Assembly: GCA_041562555.1 (NCBI GenBank)
Contig: JBFEXS010000032.1
Span: 1-19,416, forward strand
From: Sulfurimonadaceae bacterium
GTDB lineage: Bacteria; Campylobacterota; Campylobacteria; Campylobacterales; Sulfurimonadaceae
Reading direction: 5' to 3'
DNA length: 19,416 nucleotides
The notes beneath the pieces were generated by a model. That model saw only the letters and a list, made by a program, of their open reading frames with translations, ran no database searches and was not told where the DNA came from. How positions within the stretch are numbered: the stretch's first letter is position 1; every line of letters begins with the position of its first letter. This document shows positions 1 through 9,851 of this stretch, in pieces. The position numbers were made by a program, and so were the translations under genes.

Positions 1-159
1 AAAGGCTCTTTGCGCAGTGATAACGGGATGGATATGAATGCTATTGCCGCACATTTCGGCGGCGGTGGACATATTCACTCTGCAGGTTTTGTCTGTGAGG
101 CGGAATCTTTGCAAGAGATAGAAAAAAAGTTAATACATATTTTAGAAAAAAATTTATAA
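1..159 (+). CDS. nrnA: 3' end of DHH/DHHA1-family phosphoesterase (NrnA-like oligoribonuclease/pAp phosphatase), partial
   Basis: Frame 1 translated by hand: KGSLRSDNGMDMNAIAAHFGGGGHIHSAGFVC...EKNL*, stop TAA at 157-159. SLRS and GGGGH..SAG are DHHA1 C-terminal motifs. Not in the ORF track. Confidence 0.8.
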   Translation, partial: KGSLRSDNGMDMNAIAAHFGGGGHIHSAGFVCEAESLQEIEKKLIHILEKNL

Positions 160-171
160 AGGACAGACTAT

Positions 172-1539
172 ATGCGACGTAAGAACAACTCATCATCTAT
201 ACTATTTTTGATTATTTTTGGAGGTATCATCGGAGGTGTTGTATACCTCTATAATTCGGCTATGTTTGAACGGAACCTTCCGGAAGTAAGTGTGAATACA
301 TCAGAATATTGGAATTTGAAAGAGCCCATAGATATCAGTATCGAGGATGATAGCGGTATCAAGTATTATGAGGTGAAAATGGTTTCATCAGAGGGTGAAA
401 AGGTGCTTTCTCAAGAAGCGATGCTGGTGCCTCAGAAAAAACTGGAGTTGAAAGTAGATTATCCTAAGATGTCCTACGGGATTAAAGACAAAAATGTGAA
501 AATCATTGTTTCAGCAGTTGATGCCAGCAAATGGGATTTTTTTGCAGGTAACAGTATTCGTGTCGAGAAAAACTTTATTGTCGATAAACGCAAGCCGATG
601 GTCTCATTGATCACAAACTCCTATGGGATATATCCGGGTGGTTCAGCACTTGTCATCTTCAAGGCCAAAGATGAGAACCTTAAAGATATGTATATTGAGG
701 TGAACAAGGATAAACGTTTTAAGGTTCAGCCTTTCTATCAGGAAGATCATTATGCTTCTTTGGTCGCATGGCCGGTAACGGAGAAAAAATTTGATGCACG
801 TATCGTCGTTGAAGATCTTGCAGGAAATACCATGCGCGTGCATATACCTTATTACCATAAATCAAAAAGCTATCGTACCTCCAAGATTAAACTTTCTGAT
901 CGTTTCCTGAAAGGAAAGATCGCCGAGTTGGCGTATGAGTTTCCTGAGACGCAGGGAATAGAGGACTCATTGGAACAGTTCAAGATCATCAATGAGGATG
1001 TACGGGCGAATAATGAAAAAATCATACATACGATTACCTCAAAGACTTCTGATCAGATGATAAACAACTTTTCAATCAAGCCTTTTTATCCTTTGAAAAA
1101 TGCAGCCAAAGTCGCAAGTTTCGGTGATCATAGGCTCTATTACTATAAGAATGAGAAAGTAAGTGAATCCTATCACTTGGGATTGGACCTTGCCAGTGTT
1201 AAAATGGGCAAGATTCAGACGCAAAATCACGGAATCACCGTTTTTGCCGAAGAGAACGGTATCTACGGTAATCTTCCCATCATTCACCACGGAATGGGAC
1301 TTTACACCATCTATGGACACTGCTCAAGTCTGAAAGTGGCTCCAGGAGATGCGGTCAGGCCAAAACAGCATATTGCGAACTCTGGTAAGAGTGGATACGC
1401 GATGGGTGACCACCTTCATTTTGGTGTCTTGGTACAGGGAGTGGAAGTACGTCCGGAGGAGTGGATGGATCAAGACTGGATCCGCTTGAACATCACTGAA
1501 GTAATGAAAAATGCGAAAAAGTTGATCGGACGATCATGA
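172..1539 (+). CDS. M23-family peptidoglycan metallo-endopeptidase with N-terminal membrane anchor
   Basis: 455 aa; hydrophobic N-terminus; HLGLD (HxxxD), YGHC and GDHLHFG (HxH) zinc motifs; AAGGA RBS; position before minC/lpxC as in Helicobacter and Campylobacter. Confidence 0.9.
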   Translation: MRRKNNSSSILFLIIFGGIIGGVVYLYNSAMFERNLPEVSVNTSEYWNLKEPIDISIEDDSGIKYYEVKMVSSEGEKVLSQEAMLVPQKKLELKVDYPKMSYGIKDKNVKIIVSAVDASKWDFFAGNSIRVEKNFIVDKRKPMVSLITNSYGIYPGGSALVIFKAKDENLKDMYIEVNKDKRFKVQPFYQEDHYASLVAWPVTEKKFDARIVVEDLAGNTMRVHIPYYHKSKSYRTSKIKLSDRFLKGKIAELAYEFPETQGIEDSLEQFKIINEDVRANNEKIIHTITSKTSDQMINNFSIKPFYPLKNAAKVASFGDHRLYYYKNEKVSESYHLGLDLASVKMGKIQTQNHGITVFAEENGIYGNLPIIHHGMGLYTIYGHCSSLKVAPGDAVRPKQHIANSGKSGYAMGDHLHFGVLVQGVEVRPEEWMDQDWIRLNITEVMKNAKKLIGRS

Positions 1540-2114
1540 AAGTCAAACAACAGACACTTAAAGGGTTTGAGTGTGATATAGAAGATGAGGCTTCATTCAA
1601 GGAGTATTATAATAAAAATGCTCCCTTGATGCAGGGGCATCTTCTGATCCTGAAAGGATCCGTTACTGCAGGGATAAAAGCATTTTTAGAAGAGAAAAAT
1701 GCGGTGTTTGTTGATGCTAATGAAAAGACATTGCTGACAAGAAGAAAACGTTCGACACCTGTGTTGGACCTTCCTGAAGCAAAAACACCTTGTGCTCCGG
1801 AAGAGGGCAGTAAAATGAAACAAAGTACTATATATCATCGCCCGATTCGTTCGGGAGAGCTGATTGAGAGTGATGACAACCTTGTCTTTTTGGGGCGTAT
1901 CAACAGCGGTGCTTTGATTGAATCAACAAGCTCTATACAGCTTTTTGGTATAATTGATGGATTAGTACGTAGTGATGGGGACTACTTATTGCTTAAAGAT
2001 ATTGGAAAAGGTAATGTCATTTTCCATGGGGAAGAGTTAGATAAGTCACAGTTTGATGGCCAATTAAAACTTGTCGAATATAAAAACAGTGCCATTGTGA
2101 TGAAGGAAGTATAA
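1536..2114 (+). CDS. minC: Septum site-determining protein MinC
   Basis: C-terminal [12 protein letters not shown]...[15 protein letters not shown] fits the MinC beta-helix (RSG); ATGA overlap with the upstream gene; lies between M23 and lpxC as in H. pylori. Confidence 0.8.
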   Translation: MKVKQQTLKGFECDIEDEASFKEYYNKNAPLMQGHLLILKGSVTAGIKAFLEEKNAVFVDANEKTLLTRRKRSTPVLDLPEAKTPCAPEEGSKMKQSTIYHRPIRSGELIESDDNLVFLGRINSGALIESTSSIQLFGIIDGLVRSDGDYLLLKDIGKGNVIFHGEELDKSQFDGQLKLVEYKNSAIVMKEV

Positions 2115-2998
2115 TGAAACAAACGACTATAGCCAAGCCGGTTGATCTGGTAGGAATCGGACTTCATAAGGGCGTACCTGTCAAGTTGCGTTTAGAACCA
2201 CTTGAAGCAGACAGAGGGATTGAGTTCTTTCGCTCAGATGTAAATATCACGATTCCCTTGAGACCTGAGAATGTTGTAGATACCAAGATGGCCACCGTTA
2301 TCGGTAAAGACGGTTATTTTATTTCGACAATCGAACATATGCTTTCTGCTGTCTATGCTTACGGTGTTGACAACCTGAAAGTTATTGTGGATGCAGACGA
2401 AGTACCGGTGATGGACGGGTCTTCGGCAAGTTTTTGCATGCTTCTTGATGAAGCGGGGATGGTCGAGTTGGATGCTCCAAAGAAGATCATGAAAATCAAA
2501 AAAGAGATAGTGGTAAAAGAGGGAGACAAGTATGTGAAACTCTCTCCTTCGAATGATTTAAACTATGATTTTACCATCAAGTTTAACCACCCGGTCATCG
2601 ATAAACAGAGTTATACCCTTAATTTTTCAAAATCCGAGTATAAAGAAAAAATTTCCAAGGCTCGAACCTTTGGTTTCCTGCATGAGGTACAATATCTCCG
2701 TTCAAAGGGGCTTGCTTTGGGTGGAAGCCTTGAAAATGCGGTAGTCCTTGATGACAAGAAGGTGTTGAATACAGAGGGCCTTCGCTATCCGGATGAGTTT
2801 GTCCGTCACAAGATACTCGATGCAATCGGGGATATGTCTTTGTTGGGAGTCAATTTTATAGGAAACTATGAAGCGTTTGCAGGAAGCCATGATTTGAACC
2901 ACAAATTGACATTGGCATTACTGAAAGAACCGGAAAATTATGAGATCGTAGAGCTTTCAGGAGCAGAGGCAAAAGAACTTGCCCATGCGTATGCCTGA
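2114..2998 (+). CDS. lpxC: UDP-3-O-acyl-N-acetylglucosamine deacetylase
   Basis: MKQTTI..GIGLHKG start, [23 protein letters not shown] and HKILDAIGD motifs; TAATG overlap with minC. Confidence 0.97.
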   Translation: MKQTTIAKPVDLVGIGLHKGVPVKLRLEPLEADRGIEFFRSDVNITIPLRPENVVDTKMATVIGKDGYFISTIEHMLSAVYAYGVDNLKVIVDADEVPVMDGSSASFCMLLDEAGMVELDAPKKIMKIKKEIVVKEGDKYVKLSPSNDLNYDFTIKFNHPVIDKQSYTLNFSKSEYKEKISKARTFGFLHEVQYLRSKGLALGGSLENAVVLDDKKVLNTEGLRYPDEFVRHKILDAIGDMSLLGVNFIGNYEAFAGSHDLNHKLTLALLKEPENYEIVELSGAEAKELAHAYA

Positions 2999-3019
2999 TC
3001 TAAAGAGTACACCCACTTT

Positions 3020-3472
3020 ATGAAGGTCGACGTCGTTGTTATCGAATTGAGCACGCCTATTTTAATTGGTGTGTATGAAGATCAGGTATTGATAAAGACC
3101 TATCGTTCTGATGAGATGAGTTCCGAAGCGCTTCCGCTGCTTTTTAAAGAGATCTTAGATGATTATGAAGTAGAGAATATCGTCTATACCCGTGGTCCGG
3201 GTTCATTTATGGCCATTAAAGTGGCGTATATCTTTTTAAAGACCCTGTGTATTGTCAATGATATCAAGCTATATGCTACCAATGCATTCACCTTTAATGA
3301 AAATCAGCCTATAAAAGCCTTCGGTAAACTCTATTTTATACAAAGCAATGGTACAATTACGACGAAAAAGTTTGAAGAGGCTCCCCAGTCGAGTTTCTCC
3401 CTACCAGAAAAAATAAACCTGAGAAGTTATTCCGAAGAGATAGCACCCTTATACGTATTACCTGCAGTGTAA
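3020..3472 (+). CDS. tsaB: Short TsaB-like (YeaZ/glycoprotease family) protein
   Basis: 150 aa; IVYTRGPGSFMAIKV matches the TsaB GPGSFTGxR motif; conserved position between lpxC and thrB. Start uncertain (see findings). Confidence 0.7.
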   Translation: MKVDVVVIELSTPILIGVYEDQVLIKTYRSDEMSSEALPLLFKEILDDYEVENIVYTRGPGSFMAIKVAYIFLKTLCIVNDIKLYATNAFTFNENQPIKAFGKLYFIQSNGTITTKKFEEAPQSSFSLPEKINLRSYSEEIAPLYVLPAV

Positions 3473-3509
3473 CGTTTAGCCAAGTCTCTTTTCTCACAAA
3501 AGGAACATA

Positions 3510-4391
3510 ATGATAATAAGCGTCCCTGCGACCAGTGCCAATCTTGGTCCTGGATTTGACTCCCTTGGATTAGCCCTGGATCTGCGCAATACTGTTGACA
3601 TCAGACCTTCGCGCTTTCACTCTGTATCGGTACGTGGTGAGGGTGAGAACAATCCCAAACTTAAAGGCAATAATCTTTTTGTCGGTATCTTTAATGATCA
3701 TTACAGCAAGTTGACACAAAAACGTCAGAATTTCAAGTTTACCTTTAACAATCAAGTTCCGCTTTCCCGTGGATTAGGCTCTTCTTCAGCAGTAATCGTT
3801 TCAGCGATTTCATCAGCACATGAAGCAGCAGGCGTAAGAGTAAGCAGGAGGCGTATCCTGAACCACGCGCTTCAGTATGAGCCGCATCCGGACAACATTA
3901 CACCGGCAGTCATGGGTGGTTTCAATACGGCAGTAGTGGAAAAGGGAAAGGTCTTTTCGGAAAAGAAACATATACCGCCGTATCTTAAAGCCGTGGTGGT
4001 GATTCCCAATAAACCGATCTCGACAGCACATTCGCGTACAACGCTGCCTAAGTCATACAATAAGGAGAACGCGATCTACAACCTGTCTCACTCTTCTCTT
4101 TTGGTAGCAGCCTTTTACAGTGAGAACTGGGAGATTTTACGTATAGCATCCAAAGACAGGTTTCATCAACGTCAACGGATGAAGATGTTGCCGGAACTCT
4201 TTACCGTTCAAAAGATGGCCTATGAGAATGGGGCATTGATGAGTACCCTTTCGGGTTCAGGGTCTACATTCTTCTCTATGTGTTATGATGAAGATGCAGA
4301 ACGTATTCATACTAAACTTGAACAACGATTTCCCGAATTTACGGTAAAAACCCTCGATTTTGATAATTTAGGTCTAAAGATAGAGCGTTAA
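3510..4391 (+). CDS. thrB: Homoserine kinase
   Basis: [20 protein letters not shown] motif [15 protein letters not shown] and LSGSGST; AAGGA RBS. Confidence 0.97.
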   Translation: MIISVPATSANLGPGFDSLGLALDLRNTVDIRPSRFHSVSVRGEGENNPKLKGNNLFVGIFNDHYSKLTQKRQNFKFTFNNQVPLSRGLGSSSAVIVSAISSAHEAAGVRVSRRRILNHALQYEPHPDNITPAVMGGFNTAVVEKGKVFSEKKHIPPYLKAVVVIPNKPISTAHSRTTLPKSYNKENAIYNLSHSSLLVAAFYSENWEILRIASKDRFHQRQRMKMLPELFTVQKMAYENGALMSTLSGSGSTFFSMCYDEDAERIHTKLEQRFPEFTVKTLDFDNLGLKIER

Positions 4392-4435
4392 ACCTATCTG
4401 AGTTGAACACATAGTGATAAACTAAGAAAGAATAG

Positions 4436-4449
4436 GGTATAATGGCGCG
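4436..4449 (+). promoter_or_regulatory. Putative sigma70 -10 box (ggTATAAT) with GC-rich discriminator GGCGCG, upstream of infB-rbfA-rimP
   Basis: TATAAT at 4438-4443 preceded by G at -14 and followed by GGCGCG at 4444-4449. Confidence 0.5.
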
Positions 4450-4702
4450 AAAATTACATGTTCCAATACGAATGTGTCTACAATGTAGAGAGAGAATGCC
4501 TCAAAGTAGTCTCATTCGTCTGCAGTGTAAACATAATAAGATCCAAGCCTTTGATGGTGTTGGACGCAGTCTATACGTCTGTCAAGCATGTAGTGAAAAT
4601 CCTAAGCTAGTAAAGCAGCTAGCGGGTCGCTGTAAATGCGCAAAAGATTCACACGAAGAGATAATATCTCTACTTAAGGAGCTAAGAGCTGATGATAGAT
4701 AA
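4442..4702 (+). CDS. ylxR: YlxR/DUF448-family RNA-binding protein
   Basis: PIRMCxxCR...LIRL...GRSLYVC..C pattern; directly upstream of infB and overlapping it. Confidence 0.8.
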   Translation: MARKLHVPIRMCLQCRERMPQSSLIRLQCKHNKIQAFDGVGRSLYVCQACSENPKLVKQLAGRCKCAKDSHEEIISLLKELRADDR

Positions 4703-7337
4703 GGTAAGAGTACACGAGATCGCGACAGAACTGGGTATAAAAAGTAAAGAGGTTGTTGACAAAGCCGCAGAAATGGGGATTGACGTTAAAACCGCTTCCA
4801 GTAGCGTTTCTATGGAAGATGCAGAGAAGATTATGAATTTTGTCATGAATCCTGCTTCATTTGCACCGCCAAAACCAAAACCAAAGATTAAAAAAGCTCC
4901 TAAAAAAGACGAACCTGCTACACAAGAGAGTACTCCAGAGGTAAAAACTGAGACAGCTCCGGTTAATGAGGAAGTGGCAGTAGCAGCAGAAGAGAAAAAG
5001 GCTGAAGAAAAGCCAACAGCTGCAGAAACACAGGCAGTTCAGGAAGAACCCGCAAAAGAAGAACCAAAGACTGAAGAGAAACCGGTGATCAACAAAGTTT
5101 CAAGCGATCGAAAACGCTCCGGTTTGAAGATTGTCAAGAAGAAGAAACCTACAGCAGAGGAAAAAGAGCCTGCTGCAAACTACAGAGAACCGGAATATAC
5201 ATCCTCTTATGGGAAGTTGTCTCCAGAGGCGATCGCCGAGATGCAAAATCGTGCTTCGGCGAAGAAAAAGAAAAAAGTACCGTCGACACATACACCTAAA
5301 AGTCAAGGGAACAAGATTGACATCTTCGGCGGTGATATGGCTGAAGTTTCAATGGATTTTGAAGAGGACCAAGTTGTTCTTCTGGACTTCCGTGAAGAAG
5401 AAGCCCGTAAAGAGCGTGAAAAAGCGATTGAAGAAGAGCGTAAAGAGCGTGAAGCGCGTAATGCTGCGAATCAAGGACAACGCCGTCGTCCGACAAACAA
5501 TAACAGAAATCGCAGTGTATCACGCGGAAAAGCGAAGAAACGTCGTCGTAAGGATACTCCGGATGATGTCATCATTACAAATGTAGAGATCCCGGAAGAT
5601 ATTCGTGTATATGAGTTTGCTGAGAAGATCAACCGTCCGATGGTTGATATCATCAAGGTTCTGTTTGACCTAGGAAAGATGGCAACGAAAAATGACTTTT
5701 TAGGTAAAGACGAGATCGAGATCCTTGCAGAAGAGTTTGAAGTCGAAGTGACGACAATCGATCCTAAGGCTGCTTTTGACCTTGAGAATGCACAAGATAC
5801 TGAAGATGTAGAGATTGACCCGGATGCGGTTAAGCGCCCTCCGGTCATTACGATCATGGGTCACGTAGACCATGGTAAGACCTCTTTACTGGACAAGATC
5901 CGTTCGGGTCGTGTGGCAGATGGTGAGGCCGGCGGTATCACCCAGCATATTGGTGCCTATACGATTGATCAGCATGGTGAGAAAATCACTTTCCTGGATA
6001 CTCCGGGTCACGCTGCTTTCTCCGCTATTCGTTCTCGTGGTGCAAATGTAACGGATATCATTATCATTGTTGTCGCAGCCGATGACGGTGTTAAACCGCA
6101 AACGATTGAATCGATTAAGATGGCAAAAGAGTCGGGGAATCCGATCATTGTCGCGATCAATAAAATTGACAAAGATGGGGCAAACCCTGATATGGCGATG
6201 GCAGGATTGGCAGAACATGGGCTTAATCCTGTTGCATGGGGTGGAGACACGGAGTGTGTGCCACTTTCTGCAAAGACAGGCGAAGGTATCGATACGCTTC
6301 TTGAAACGATCTTACTACAGGCTGAGATCATGGAGCTTAAGGCTAATCCTAAGGCACTTGCAAAAGCGACTGTTGTTGAATCTTCCGTTGAAAAAGGACG
6401 TGGTCCGGTTGCCACTGTCGTCATCAATAACGGTACCTTGAAAGTCGGTGATCCTATTACTGTAGGTGCAGCATATGGACGTGTTCGTGCGCTTATGGAT
6501 GATAATAAAAAACCGATCAAGGCTCTGTCACCTTCTGAGACGGGTGTTGTTGTCGGTTTAAATGCTGTTCCACCTGCAGGTGAGACGCTGGTAGCAATGG
6601 ACAGCGAGAAAGAGGCGAAAGCACTTGCACAGAAACGTCATGAATATGAACGTCATAAAGAGCTTTCTGTCTCAACCAAGTCAACAATGGACGACTTGAC
6701 AGCGATGATCGCTGAAGGTAAGCTCAAAGCACTTTCTGTTATTCTGAAGGCGGACGTACACGGTTCCCTTGAAGCATTGAAGTCTTCATTGACCGAACTG
6801 CGTAATGATGAAGTTAAAGTCAATATTATCTCTTCTGGTGTAGGAGGGATTACTGAAAATGATGTCGCACTTGCAAACGGTTCGGATGATTGTGTTATCC
6901 TAGGATTTAATGTCCGTCCTACCGGTACTGTCAAAGCGGCAGCAAAACAATTTGGTGTTGAGATCAAGACCTACAATATTATCTATGAGATGATCGATGA
7001 TGTGACGGGTATGTTGACGGGTCTGATGTCTCCGAAATATACTGAGACAAACTCCGGTCAAGCAGATGTCAAAGAGGTCTTCAAAATCCCTAAAGGCGTG
7101 GTTGCCGGTTGTATGGTCGTTGATGGTAAACTTGAACGTGGCGGTCTGGTACGTGTTATCCGTGAGGGTGTCGTTATCTTCGAAGGTGAACTTGATTCAC
7201 TTAAACGTTTCAAAGACGATGTCAAAGAAGTCAGCAACGGTTATGAATGTGGTGTCGTCATCAATGGTTACGAAGATGTTCAAGTCGGTGATGTTATCGA
7301 GACCTTTACGAAAGTAGAGCAAAAAGTAGAGCTGTGA
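4692..7337 (+). CDS. infB: Translation initiation factor IF-2
   Basis: 881 aa; N-terminal [11 protein letters not shown]-domain motifs [23 protein letters not shown] and NKID; C-terminal [25 protein letters not shown]. Confidence 0.99.
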   Translation: MIDKVRVHEIATELGIKSKEVVDKAAEMGIDVKTASSSVSMEDAEKIMNFVMNPASFAPPKPKPKIKKAPKKDEPATQESTPEVKTETAPVNEEVAVAAEEKKAEEKPTAAETQAVQEEPAKEEPKTEEKPVINKVSSDRKRSGLKIVKKKKPTAEEKEPAANYREPEYTSSYGKLSPEAIAEMQNRASAKKKKKVPSTHTPKSQGNKIDIFGGDMAEVSMDFEEDQVVLLDFREEEARKEREKAIEEERKEREARNAANQGQRRRPTNNNRNRSVSRGKAKKRRRKDTPDDVIITNVEIPEDIRVYEFAEKINRPMVDIIKVLFDLGKMATKNDFLGKDEIEILAEEFEVEVTTIDPKAAFDLENAQDTEDVEIDPDAVKRPPVITIMGHVDHGKTSLLDKIRSGRVADGEAGGITQHIGAYTIDQHGEKITFLDTPGHAAFSAIRSRGANVTDIIIIVVAADDGVKPQTIESIKMAKESGNPIIVAINKIDKDGANPDMAMAGLAEHGLNPVAWGGDTECVPLSAKTGEGIDTLLETILLQAEIMELKANPKALAKATVVESSVEKGRGPVATVVINNGTLKVGDPITVGAAYGRVRALMDDNKKPIKALSPSETGVVVGLNAVPPAGETLVAMDSEKEAKALAQKRHEYERHKELSVSTKSTMDDLTAMIAEGKLKALSVILKADVHGSLEALKSSLTELRNDEVKVNIISSGVGGITENDVALANGSDDCVILGFNVRPTGTVKAAAKQFGVEIKTYNIIYEMIDDVTGMLTGLMSPKYTETNSGQADVKEVFKIPKGVVAGCMVVDGKLERGGLVRVIREGVVIFEGELDSLKRFKDDVKEVSNGYECGVVINGYEDVQVGDVIETFTKVEQKVEL

Positions 7338-7705
7338 CTCCCGCAGAAATAAAACAAAAACGCACAGAATCACTTCTGCTGGAATTGATTCCTGAGGCGA
7401 TCTCCTCCCTAAAAGATGCCCGTATTCATGAAGTTGATGTCGTTGCCGTAGTGTGTTCGAAGGGACGAAGTGATGCCAAGGTCTACCTGGATCCCCATTC
7501 GTATACTGAAAAAGAGCGTAATGTATTCCTGAAGCTTCTGCGTGGTGCACGCCCGATTATAGAAGCACACTGTATGCAGGATCAGGGGTGGTATCGCTGT
7601 CCAAATCTGACCTTTGAGTTTGATACCCATTTTGATCGCGTGTCTAAAGTGGAAGACCTGTTTAAACAGATAGCCAAGGAACGAGGAGAAGATGATGAGT
7701 CTTGA
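7334..7705 (+). CDS. rbfA: Ribosome-binding factor A
   Basis: 123 aa directly after infB (GTGA overlap); L.D.RI..V.V..V.CS...SDAKVY and P.L.FEFD motifs. Confidence 0.9.
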   Translation: MTPAEIKQKRTESLLLELIPEAISSLKDARIHEVDVVAVVCSKGRSDAKVYLDPHSYTEKERNVFLKLLRGARPIIEAHCMQDQGWYRCPNLTFEFDTHFDRVSKVEDLFKQIAKERGEDDES

Positions 7706-8126
7706 GTCTGATATTAAAAACGTTGTCGAGTCAATGGGCTTGTCACTTTATGATATTGTCACAGTCAGTGAGTTCGGCGCGACCATTTACCGTGTGATGA
7801 TCAATTCGAAAGAGGGGGTGTCATTGGACACCTGTGCAGAAGTGACCCGTATGCTTAATCCGCTTTTGGATGTGACACCGCCTGTCAGCGGTGACTATCG
7901 TTTAGAGGTAAGTTCTCCGGGGATTGAGCGTAAGTTAAAGACCCTTCATCACTTTAATGCTTCTATAGGCGAGAAGGTCAAATTGGTTATGATCTCCAAC
8001 GAAGTGCTAAAGGGCCCTTTATTAAGCGTTGAAGGCTCTACTGTTACAGTAGAAGATGAACAATCAGGAAAGCAGAGCGTTGCTTTTGATGAGATATTGA
8101 AGGCATCTACTTATTTTGAATGGTAA
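7692..8126 (+). CDS. rimP: Ribosome maturation factor RimP
   Basis: GVSLDTC..V...LD and YRLEVSSPGIERKL motifs; GAGGAG RBS; start at 7692 or 7695. Confidence 0.95.
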   Translation: MMSLESDIKNVVESMGLSLYDIVTVSEFGATIYRVMINSKEGVSLDTCAEVTRMLNPLLDVTPPVSGDYRLEVSSPGIERKLKTLHHFNASIGEKVKLVMISNEVLKGPLLSVEGSTVTVEDEQSGKQSVAFDEILKASTYFEW

Positions 8127-9114
8127 GCAAGAATATATGCAGATGGCACTTGATGCTGCCTGGGAGTATCAAGGTCTAACGTATCCTAATCCAGCAGTTG
8201 GTTGTACCATAGTACAAAATGGTGCAGTCATCGCTGTAGGGGCGCATGCTAAGGCAGGTGAACCCCATGCCGAGGTTATGGCCCTCAAGCAAGCGTATAT
8301 GGCTCTGAGCATCGATAGAGGCATCGAAAAACTGACCAAGGCAGATGATATCCATGATTATCTGCTTAAACATCACAACGGGATCTTTCTTTTTTGTGAC
8401 ATGTATATAACACTAGAACCGTGTACACATCAGGGTAAAACTCCCTCATGCGCCTCTTTGATCCAAAAGATGCGCCCTCAAAATGTCTACATTTCTCATT
8501 ATGATCCTAATCCTGAAGCGACAGGTGGTGCTCAGGCATTGATATCCGGTGGAATAGATGTTCATTATGGGATGTGCGAAGAAGAAGGCAGGGATCTGCT
8601 TGAACCTTTTATGAAGTGGAACGAAGGGCAGTTCGTCCTGTTTAAATGGGCACAGCGTCTTGATGGAACGGTCGATGGAGGGTTGGTTTCGGATGAAGCT
8701 TCCCGCAGGAGAGTACATGAGATTCGAAACCATTGTGATCTGATCGTTATCGGCGGGAATACAGTGCGAACAGATCGCCCGACCCTTGATGCACGCATGA
8801 TTGATGGAAAGGCTCCGGATGTATTGATCTATTCGAATCAAGAATCCTTTGATCAAACAATCCCGCTTTTTGGGATCGAAGGCCGAAACGTGTATATTGG
8901 AAACTCTCTTGAAAAAGTCAAAGAGTATAAAAACATTTTGATTGAGGGCGGTCCTGCTATGTTTAAAGCGACGGAAGAGATCGTAGACAGATATCTATGT
9001 TTCCTGGCGCCAAAAAGCGGGGGGAACGTCGCTTTTACAGATGAAGCAGTTGATATGAAAATTTTAAATACAAAGCAGTTGGACAATGATCTGATGATTT
9101 GGATGAGGAAATAA
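8116..9114 (+). CDS. ribD: Bifunctional riboflavin biosynthesis deaminase/reductase
   Basis: PNPAVG, HAE, TLEPC.H.GKTP.C zinc motifs; reductase motifs K.A..LDG, G.NTV..D.P.L and IEGG. Start is TTG 8116 or ATG 8137. Confidence 0.95.
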   Translation: MNGKQEYMQMALDAAWEYQGLTYPNPAVGCTIVQNGAVIAVGAHAKAGEPHAEVMALKQAYMALSIDRGIEKLTKADDIHDYLLKHHNGIFLFCDMYITLEPCTHQGKTPSCASLIQKMRPQNVYISHYDPNPEATGGAQALISGGIDVHYGMCEEEGRDLLEPFMKWNEGQFVLFKWAQRLDGTVDGGLVSDEASRRRVHEIRNHCDLIVIGGNTVRTDRPTLDARMIDGKAPDVLIYSNQESFDQTIPLFGIEGRNVYIGNSLEKVKEYKNILIEGGPAMFKATEEIVDRYLCFLAPKSGGNVAFTDEAVDMKILNTKQLDNDLMIWMRK

Positions 9115-9830
9115 TGGCAATTGAAAAACAAGAGAAGATCGTTGAGATGTTCAATGATATCGCACCAACCTATGATAGGGCAAATCGTGTACTAAGTATG
9201 GGTATTGACAAGACCTGGCGGAAAAAAGCCTGTGATCTTGCATATAGACTTAAGGGTGATGATGAAATCGATTTGATCCTTGACATCGCCTGTGGAACAG
9301 GTGATATGATGGACTATTGGATGAAGCGATCCGATTATCAGAAGATCCATGTCAAGAAGATACTCGGTGTTGATCCGTCGGAAGGAATGGTCAATGTCGC
9401 CAGAGAAAAGTTTCCAAAATTCGATTATGCGATTTCCAAAGCAACACAGATCCCTGTTGAGGATGCCAAAGCGGACTTCCTCTCCATCTCGTATGGAATC
9501 CGCAATGTGGTAGAGCGTACAGAAGCACTGGACGAATTTAACCGTGTCTTGAAGCCGGGGGGATATGTAGTGATCTTGGAGTTCATGAAGCGCGAGAAAC
9601 CGGGCGCATTGGCGAAAGTGACAGATTTTTATCTAAATAATCTTCTGCCTCGTATTGGTGGTATGATTTCAAAGAATAGAGAAGCATACGAATATCTTCC
9701 TAACTCTATCGAAGGTTTCTTGACTATCGAGAAGATGCAAGAAGAACTTGAACAAGCAGGTTTTGAGATGTGTTATGCGAAAAGCTTTTCGATGAATATC
9801 AGTTCACTGATCATCGCCAGAAAGAAATAA
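9114..9830 (+). CDS. ubiE: Demethylmenaquinone methyltransferase (UbiE/MenG)
   Basis: MFNDIAPTYDRANRVLSMGID..WR, LDIACGTGD, YGIRNV, RVLKPGG and AYEYLP.SI. Start moved from 9099 to ATG 9114 (TAATG overlap with ribD, GAGGA RBS). Confidence 0.93.
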   Translation: MAIEKQEKIVEMFNDIAPTYDRANRVLSMGIDKTWRKKACDLAYRLKGDDEIDLILDIACGTGDMMDYWMKRSDYQKIHVKKILGVDPSEGMVNVAREKFPKFDYAISKATQIPVEDAKADFLSISYGIRNVVERTEALDEFNRVLKPGGYVVILEFMKREKPGALAKVTDFYLNNLLPRIGGMISKNREAYEYLPNSIEGFLTIEKMQEELEQAGFEMCYAKSFSMNISSLIIARKK

Positions 9831-9851
9831 CCCAGTTTCAAAAGGTGTGTT

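Noticed and set aside
1536..2114. minC without adjacent minD/minE
   Set aside because: H. pylori has the same split arrangement, with minC beside lpxC; ordinary for the lineage.
4860..5570. Lys/Glu/Pro/Arg-rich low-complexity stretch, including repeated CGTAAAGAGCGTGAA
   Set aside because: Normal variable N-terminal region of IF-2; coding repeats, not an array.
5131..7550. Several 80-170 aa alternative-frame and antisense ORFs inside infB/rbfA
   Set aside because: Shadow ORFs of a codon-biased gene; no motifs recognised.
9099..9113. Upstream start of ubiE given by the ORF track
   Set aside because: ATG 9114 has a GAGGA RBS and a TAATG overlap with the ribD stop.
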